Shown here piece by piece: positions 55,344-64,000 of a stretch of 64,000 nt of DNA; position 1 is the stretch's first letter; every line of letters starts with the position of its first letter. Origin of the DNA: Eledone cirrhosa (taxonomy: Eukaryota); the NCBI GenBank assembly GCA_964016885.1, contig OZ024741.1:121210001-121274000 (forward strand), given 5' to 3'. The translations under genes were made by a program, and so were the position numbers. The notes under the pieces are model-generated. The model worked only from the letters and a program-made list of their open reading frames with translations. It ran no database searches and was not told the DNA's origin.

Positions 55344-57147
55344 ATGGCCGAAGCTTCTTCACCAAAATTCGAAGGAGGAAAGGGGAAGATGAACTTACAG
55401 CTTCCCCCTGCCACTGTCACAGTAGCAGAGGTCAAGAAGAAAGGTCAGCCAGAGGAAGAATTCTCTCCACCTGTTAACCGACAATTTGACGTTGCCATGG
55501 CAACAACCCAAAGAACCAGCAGCAACAGCAACAACAACAACAACAATGCGACGGACGAAAACAACACCAATAACAATAACAATAACAACAACAACAAGAC
55601 CAATAACGGTGACAACAACAACAATGATAACAACAACACCACCAACGACAACAACAACACAAACAAACAAAATTTCTCCTTCGCCGAGACGACAAGGAAA
55701 ACCCTCGACTATCTGCCAGTAGATATAACAAAAGCGAAGGAGCTACTGGCGGATGCGAAAAAATATATAGTGTACGGGGAAAATGGTTCATTCACAATCC
55801 ATTCCCCCCCGGAACTAAAAAGCCAGAGACTCCTAAACACGGTCATGTTTAGGACAATCTCGAACAAAAGTAAAAAACCAGCTCAACCATCACAGAGCGA
55901 GATAGAGCTGGTTTTAAAAGACGTCATGAAGGACATCACCTTCATTCAGAAGGATAGACTCTACGGGAGTCTATCCATTCTCATGAAGGACAGGGACACA
56001 GCAGTGAAACTGTCCATCAAACCAATCACATCCACCGCATACACCTTCTACCCTACGTACATGGGTAGAAGAACACAAAAAATAAAAATCCACACCATCC
56101 TGCCGATTATGGACATATGGTGGGTTTTGACAGGTTTTCTGGACCTGGAGGATGACATGCTGGTGTCCATGGGAAAGGCATCGGGTGACGCGTTCAGTGG
56201 AACCAGCCTCGAACTTGTAGTTCAAATGAGGCCCGAAAGGATCGCCCAGATCCCTGAACGCGTCATACTGGATGATCTAACCTTCATCAACATTACCGTT
56301 GAGGGTAGACGGCCCTCGTGTTACCTCTGCGGAACCAGAGGTCACCTGAGGGCTGTCTGTCCCCAACTTAATAAGAAAACCCCAATCCTGCCTACACCAC
56401 CAACAACTGCACAACCAACACAATCACCACAACTACCACTACAAAAACAACCACCACAGCTCAAACCAAAACAAAACAATGTCCAACCCATCCCCTCCAC
56501 TCAAAAAACAAAAACAATTTCCAAAACACCCGTACCGCAAACACAACCCGAAAATATACCCCTCCCCTCCAACGCGGAAGATGACCCTAGTTCGTCGTCA
56601 GACGAGGAGGAGCACTTCCACACAATCAAAAGAAAAAAAAGAAAACACACCTCAGACACACAAATGAAAAAAACCCCTCCCCAAAACATAACACTGACAC
56701 CAACACAAAAGAGCTCACAACAACAGCAAACAAAAAACACCACACAAAAACAAAAACATGCATACACATACATAAATACAAGAAACAAAAAACTGTTAAA
56801 CATTGTGTACAACAACAATCTAATAAAAACACAAGGGCCTAACTTCACCCAGGCAGGGGATTTCCCCCACCTCAAAATGATTAAGGCCCCACAGGACACC
56901 TATAAAACTTTAAAAAACAATTTTAAAGAGGACGTGGGTCCCCCCTGCGTCGGGCCCATTAACCGCGTCCTCCTAAAAAACTATCCCACCCCCTCCCCAA
57001 ACACCCACACAACTCCAAACTCCCCAACCACACAACACACTGATGCCCCCACACTTCCACAAACCACCACCCCACCCAACAACCCATCCCCCACTCTAAT
57101 GGAAATTGTGCAGCCCGATACCCGATACCCGGGACGCAGAGAGGTAA
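55344..57147 (+). CDS. ORF1 with CCHC knuckle and Asn-rich N-terminus; terminal 7-bp duplication frameshift
   Basis: CYLCGTRGHLRAVC. Removing the duplicated CCCGATA (57114-57127) restores QPDTRDAER* matching QPEPREAER* of copy A. Confidence 0.85.
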
Positions 57148-57171
57148 GTGCCTTTTCTCTTCACCACCAAC

Positions 57172-60100
57172 ATGGCTATGCTAAGAGTAGGCTGTTTAAA
57201 TGCGCGTGGCCTGGGCTCAACTTGGAAGCAAGCAATGCTTCTAAATGACCTCAGGTCACAACGTATAGATGTGATGGTTATTTGCGAGGCCCGGATCAGC
57301 AACGTGCGACAGCTGGCCCCCACCTTTGATGACTTTGAGATGCACGCATCTCTCTGTCAGCCCGGAGGTGGGGGTGGAGTTGTCGTTCTGCTGCAAAAAC
57401 ATCTGGGTCTCGCAACACAGATGGTACATTTGGACCCGGAGGGTCGACTAGTGGTTCTGGACCTTGGCAGTGGTAAAGGCGGAGCGTTTAGGTTGGTAGC
57501 CGCCTACGGCCCATTCGGGTCAATGCGGCCGGACTTCTTCCATCGTCTGGAGACTTTTCTAGGGACGTCCCGCTCCTTGCTATTAGTGGGGGACTGGAAT
57601 GGTATCCTAGATGCACGCTGGGACTACGTAGGGGCCTGCCCCGATAGAGAGGGGTGTAATAGCCTCAAAGGGTTAATCGGTCGATTTGACCTGGCCGATA
57701 GATATCGACTAGATTTTCCGACTGCGCCAACCTGGACTTGGGCAAATCGTAGCGGATCATCTAGGTCGTACCTAGATAGGTTCTTAGTTAGAATTAAGGA
57801 TAAGGACTTTTTAAGTTGTCCAAAAATGCGCATGGTTGGCTATTCAGACCACAAATTAGTGACCTGCATGGTCAACCTTGACAGAACTCATAGACAGGGC
57901 CCCGGTTACTGGAAGCTCAACTTGTCCTTGCCGGCAAGTAGAGCCTACAGGAATCGGATTAGTACGTTAGTTAAGGAACGGTTGACTGAAGCGATCGTCA
58001 ACAGCAGGTGGTGGGTATCTCTAAAGAGAGAGATTAGAGTAGTCTCGATAGAATTTAGTAAGGTTCTAGCTGCGGATAGGAATAGGAAGGAAAGGGAGCT
58101 AATAGATAGAGTAGAAGAGGCAATTAGAAGCGGCGACGTGGCCAGAGTGCTAGCGTCGAGAACGGCTTTGAGCCAGTTTTTCGACGCGAAGCACGAAGGC
58201 TGCGTTGTCCGATGTAAAATACGTGCTCTAGGGAACGAGGGGACCAAAGCTGTTAGCTGGGCCCGCGTGACAGAGGCCAACAGTGGAACTAAATCCACCA
58301 TCCGGTCTTTGCGAGACCTGGATGGACGGGCGATTCTTGAGCCTAAGCAGATGTGTGAGGCCTTTCAAAGGCAATTTGCCCGACTGTTCGGGAGGGGCGG
58401 GGAGCCGGTTGGGAACATGGACTTCGGTACATACCTCGACGGCCTGCCGCGCCTCTCGGACAGGGAGGCGAAGTCCTGCGAGGAGCCGATTTCGGCCGCT
58501 GAGATAGAGGACGTGCTGAGCCAATGCGGCAAACGCAAATCCCCGGGTCTCGATGGTCTTCCTTACGAATTATATCTAGCTATGCCGGACTTGTTCCCCG
58601 ATCTCCTCGAGGCGGTCTACTGCAACTGGCAACAGAACGGGAGAATTCCCTGTACTGTGACCAAGGGCGTAGTCACGCTAGTGAGGAAGGACGAGAACAA
58701 GGGGGACGAAATAAGTAACTTCAGGCCCATAACACTGCTAAATACAGAGTTACAGATTTTGGCCAAGGTGCTAGCAAAGAGGTTGGCGCTTGTCGTGGGC
58801 AACCTGGTGGGAGATGCGCAGACATGCGCTATCCCGCCCAGGTCCATCCATGACAACCTCCACCTCATGCGATACATCATAGAGAGGGTTGGGAACGAAC
58901 CCGGCTTTGGTGGGGCTCTGATCAACTTGGATCAATCTAAGGCGTTCGATAGGGTCGACCATGGTTACCTGGATGCGGTGCTAGCGGCGGCAGGCTTCGG
59001 ACCCGTTTTCAGGGGCTGGATCACTGCTATGCACAGCAGCCGCATCTGCTCTAGGGTCAAGGTGAACGGCTACCTCTCGGAGCCGTTCAAAATCGCGCGG
59101 TCCATCCGACAAGGGTGCCCCCTCTCTCCTCCCTTCTGTATGTGTTGACTCTCGAGCCACTACTGCGGAAGTTGGAGTTGTTGCAGGGCATCCCTTTGGA
59201 ACCGGGATTGCGGAAAGCGGTGTCGGCCTACGCCGATGACGTGACAGTAATGGTGTCGACGGCCTCCGAAATCGAGGCGGTCGGCACCTTACTGGAGGAG
59301 TACGAAAAGTTCACAGGGGCTAAGCTGAACCGGGACAAGTCGATCGGTTTGCAACTCGGCACGTGGAGGGGCAGACCGATGCCCTCCGATGGCGTCGTCG
59401 GACGCTGGACGGAGGGCCCGGTGAAGTTGCTCGGGGTCTGGTTCGGACCGGACCTCCAGGTGGAGAAAAACTGGGCGGAGGTTACGAACAGGGTGTTTGC
59501 ACTGACCCAGAAGTGGGCCAGTTGCAAACTATCCCTGAAAGGACGGGCGGAGGTGGCGAACACCTACATAGCGTCCGTCATCTACTACCGCCTGACCGTA
59601 GTGCCCTGCCCAAGGGAAACCCTCACCAAGATGGAGCGCGCGCTCTTCCAATTCCTTTGGAAGAGGCGGGCTCCTATGGTGAGGAGATCCATCTGCTGTC
59701 AACACCCTTCGAAAGGAGGGCTGGGGATGCCGTGGCTAATGATGCGTAAACACGCATTAAGGCTACGGCACCTCTACGTATTCCTCACCGGACAACCGGT
59801 GTGGGCCTCGTTTGTGAGACGAACCTTTCCCAGACTCGTCTCACTCACCGAGCTGCAATCCTGGGTCAAGCAAAGACCGAGAAAACTGGACGCCTGGCAC
59901 ACTGAGTGTGCCCAGGCGCTCACCGCCCTCTGGCAGGCGGATCCGGTTATCAGTGGAGACTCCACCGCAACATTCTATAGAGGGCTGGTACGCAGCAGGT
60001 GCGACGACGCCCTCGGAGAAACCCTAGACATGGAGGAGGACGAACTGGCCAGCCTGTTCGGTAGGACATTCAGCCCGGGACCTATGGACAACTTCCAGAA

Positions 60101-60611
60101 GTCCCTGGCCTGGCAGTGCTACCGAGGGGCTTTACCCGTTCGAGAAAGGCTCTACAGACACGGGCGCCCGGGTAGGGACCCCGCCAAAAAGATCTGTCCC
60201 AGATGCGTGTGCGATGAGGAAACCGTTGTACACGCATTGGTACACTGCTCGGGCGTAGCCTATCTGTGGGGCTATGTCGAACAACTGCTGTCAAGGGTGG
60301 GACCGATCCGGTTGACCACCGAGTCTATTGTGATGATCAAGCCGCCTCCCCCCTTCAAAGATGAAGCAGGGGCGGTGTTTCTGTGCGTGATAGCCATGGC
60401 GAAAGAGGTTGTATGGTGGACGCGTCTGAAAGGACTGAGGTCAGGCACCTTTCTCTCTGGCCAACAACTGGTCCGTTTCTTCCGATATCATTTCGGAAGA
60501 AGGATCAGGATGGAGAGAGAGGTGCTGCACCCCAGCCGTTTCTATGAAAGATGGGTGAAAGTGGCGAGAATGGCCCGTGTGAATGGGCCTTCACTCTACA
60601 TCAGACTATAG
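57172..60611 (+). CDS. ORF2 APE-RT-Zn finger, one frameshift near 59120
   Basis: Same motifs as copy A; two extra C in the run after GGGTG relative to copy A. Confidence 0.92.
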
Positions 60612-61534
60612 GTGAGGAAGATGAAAGATCAAGGGAGCACCCCTTCTCTGTGCTCCTGAGGAGAAGTGTTGCACACTTTTTTCGGGGGTGTGTGCGACCC
60701 CCCAAGGCGCCTCCTCTCTATTGAGGATTTTGTTAAAAATTTTATTTTTTGTTATATCTTATTTTATTTTTATATTTTGTTATTGCCTCCTCCTTATTGA
60801 GGACGCCTTTTTGTGTAAACTCCCCCCTTTGTACTTGTCCCACTTTTGATGCCCTAGTGGCAAATAAAAGAAACATATCTATCTATCTATCTATCTATTC
60901 ATAAAATAGTAAAAAACAAAACAAAAAAAAACAGTAGTAAATGCTAAAGGGATTTTCTCTCAGAATAACATCAAAACATTTATTTACAAAATAGGAGTTT
61001 CCGCATTTAATTGTACCGGTTTCAGATTACACGCTTTTTCAATGACGGGAGTGTATAATGCAATTAAATTGCATATTAATAAGAATATTAAGAATGTGGG
61101 GAAAAAAATTTGTTTTAACATACATAGGGAGAAAAGTTCACAATTTTGTCTGTAGTTTTCTTTGTTTCTCTCTTAGTGCTGAACTTAGCCTTACCAACAG
61201 CTAAGGTAAATGATACCTGTCAAAAACGTCACGTAGTGGGATCGAACCCGGAACCTAATGATTGCGTAATATGGATTTCTAGAGTGTACATTTCTGAATA
61301 TTTTTGTTTTGGTGTTTAAATAGAAGTCTCGGTTGCAAAAACTGTTGAGGATTTTCCTTTATCTCTGTTGTGCACAGAACATACTTTTCCATTCCAATTT
61401 TGTAGGCATTGGATCTTTCTAGGATTATCCCACACCTTAATTATAATAAACGTACAAATGTTTTGACACATGCACTGTGTTTGTAAGCCACAACTAAGAA
61501 TAAATCTAAGTAAAATACGATACGATTTCCCCGA

Positions 61535-61667
61535 TTATCCAGAAGAGCAACAGTCGCTGTCCAGTAAACTATTTCGGTGGGTCGCAGGAAATTGAAGTGT
61601 TCGCTCATAATTATCAACAGTTTCGAGAGGTGTCGGATCACCAGTGAGCGGAAAGTGTACGTTGTAC
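61535..61667 (-). CDS. Candidate terminal coding exon of an unidentified host gene
   Basis: Acceptor CTTTATACAG|G, frame YNVHFPLTGDPTPLETVDNYERTLQFPATHRNSLLDSDCCSSG*, non-repetitive downstream region with AATAAA at 60979-60984 (minus). Confidence 0.35.
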
Positions 61668-61951
61668 CTGTATAAAGCCTAATCTTCAGTTATACATGAA
61701 TCTAATGGATTATATGACGTGAAATCAAAATCGAAATTAATTAGATGCTGTCTATTTCTGTTCAAGGAATAATATACATTTTAAATATAATAATTATTAG
61801 TTTTTTTTAAAATTCTGACTTTGTTTCATACTAGGGCACCATCATGATTTAGTCGACCTCGGTACTTCTTTTTTCAAGTCTGGTAGTTATTTTATCAATT
61901 TCTTTTTGTCAAGCTGTTAAGTCACGGGACATAAATACAGACACAGATGCA

Positions 61952-61993
<42 letters not shown>

Positions 61994-62508
61994 ACGGGCT
62001 CGCTCCAGCAATTTTTGTCTACTAGATTCAACTCATAAGGCATTGGTCAACTCAAGGCTATACTTGAAGACACTTGCTCAAGGTGCCTCCCAAAATCACA
62101 TGGTTACGAAGCGAACATCTTGGTTACTCAACCATTCTCGCGCCTTATATGTTTTTTTTATACACTTCAATTATAATTCTATCAATAGTTATCGATAAAA
62201 TTTATAAAAATCTATCACATTTTGAAAACATTTGAAGACGTCCGAAATACACTAAGAAAAGACGAAGATAAAAAACAACAACCAAACTAGAATAAAATTA
62301 AAAGCAAATAGCTAGCGCTAAGCAGGGCTGTTAGCTTTGCACCAAGATCAGAAATTGTTATATATACTATATAATATCATAAATATATGGGCACTGTTTT
62401 CCTTTATCTGTTCTACGGAATCATTTAAAAACAACACACACACACAATTTCTGGCAGTCGGACGAAAGTGAGGCCTTTCAAGGAAATATTCTTGACACAA
62501 CACACACA

Positions 62509-62583
<75 letters not shown>

Positions 62584-64000
62584 ACTCACTCACTCACACA
62601 CACACACAAACATCTATATATCTATATATACACATACACACACTGATCGTAATGCAATTGCATTTATATATGTAAAAGCCGTTTGGAACACTCTAAAATG
62701 ATAGTAAAATTATTAACAATTCCAATTTCAATAAATTTTAACAGAAATATCATATTTATTGTCAATTTTGAAAACCATCTTTGTTGAACATCCACAGCTC
62801 TCGCTCTCTTTCTCCTCTACCTCTCTTTCCCTCGCCTTCTTGCACTCTCTTCTCTCTTCGTCTCCCCTACTTTCACTGTGATTAATTTTTTTCTAGTGTC
62901 CCCATCGTTAAACATATATTTACTTTCTTGTCACATCCGCTCTCCAGTCGAACGGAAGTGAAAAGGATTTTCGCTCTCATTACAATATTGTTATAGTTAT
63001 TTTAAAGAAATGAAGGAAATATTGTTGACGTGTGCATATAAATATATATACAAACACAATCACACACAAACAAACACACATACATATATATATATAGGAA
63101 AATGTATGACCCCCGACGGCAGAGCTCAAGCCGTTTCGACGGCTATTTCTGAAATAGCCGTCGAAACGGCTTGAGCTCTGCTGCCGTCGGGGTCATACAT
63201 TTTCCTATTACCCACTCTACTACCCTAAGTATTGAGTACTCTGGTGCGTTAGGGTCCATCTGGCTCCTTACCACACCTCCTTCGTTATATATATATATAT
63301 ATATATGTGTTTCGACAACGAGTGTTCCAGTTGTTTGACCAATGGATCAACCTGTTCATGAAACTAATGTGTTAATGGTTGAGCATTCCATAGACACGTG
63401 TGTTTCCGTAACGTAGTTTTCATGGAAATTCTGTGTGACGCGGGGTGCAGAAAAGCCGGCTTTTGGAACTACAAATACAACCCGACTTTTGCCAGTTCAG
63501 TTGATTGGAACAACGTGAAATACATTAGTACAATTTTATAACAAATCAAACATAGATCTCATGGCCTGTGAATTTAACACAAGATTCTACCAGTATCAAC
63601 ACAACCTTAGAAACCCCAGTTCGGAAAAATGCAATAACACTATTGAGCTACACATGGGACCAATGGGGGAAAAACACCTTTAAAAACTCCGAAATAGCCA
63701 ACTAAATTACCTAACCGATCAAATGCTTACACAACACACCTTCAACACTCATCTGATTGATCCAAATACTAATCAAATTCAGAATCACTCCATTACACAC
63801 CATCTACACAACACCCAGACCCAATAAAATTCACAAAATTCTTACAGCAACAGAATTTTTTGTTTCATTTCGTCCTTAAACCACAGTAGATCCAAATTCA
63901 GAAAACTGGATGGCCGAGGAGTGGAAACATAACATACTACCAAAATCATATACATTACTAATAACCTACCATGTATACATGGGATTGTCTTGGCTGGAAC

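Larger units (their letters stand above)
55252..60875 (+). mobile_element. L1/Tx1-clade LINE, copy B, distinct subfamily
   Basis: Same architecture as copy A; followed by (ATCT)n at 60876-60898. Confidence 0.92.

Noticed and set aside
57148-57248. Apparent ORF1/ORF2 overlap in copy B
   Set aside because: Caused by the 7-bp duplication at 57114-57127; the ancestral stop is 57145-57147.
50324-60294. Antisense and alternate-frame ORFs inside the Tx1 elements
   Set aside because: Shadows of GC-rich coding sequence; similarity between copies follows from ORF2 homology.
63600-64000. Possible decayed LINE ORF1-like sequence
   Set aside because: Only compositional resemblance; no continuous frame.

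Overview
AT-rich, microsatellite-saturated eukaryotic DNA made almost entirely of transposable elements. The SINE families and repeat landscape suggest a coleoid cephalopod (Octopus-like); this is an inference. Most ORF-track entries are (TA)n/(CA)n/(GA)n artefacts. Recognisable content: a decayed Buster-type hAT; a near full-length RTE LINE; two near-intact, distinct L1/Tx1-clade LINEs in tandem, each bounded by (ATCT)n; R4/Dong-like remnants in (TAA)n; CRE-like remnants; a mariner fragment; four Helitrons; many tRNA-derived SINEs; a Penelope-like GIY-YIG fragment; and possibly one terminal host exon near 61.6 kb. The most striking signal is in the short 'unique' islands between (TA)n tracts (2.6-39 kb). 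They carry more than 20 minimal type I hammerhead ribozyme motifs (CUGANGA...GAAA-short stem III-UH) from about 10 or more sequence families, usually in fold-back or direct-repeat arrangements typical of Penelope-like elements and retrozymes. These include a multi-copy family with a non-canonical CAGAAGA core and a ~660-nt non-coding retrozyme-like unit. All structures were folded by eye and need covariance-model and cleavage-assay confirmation.
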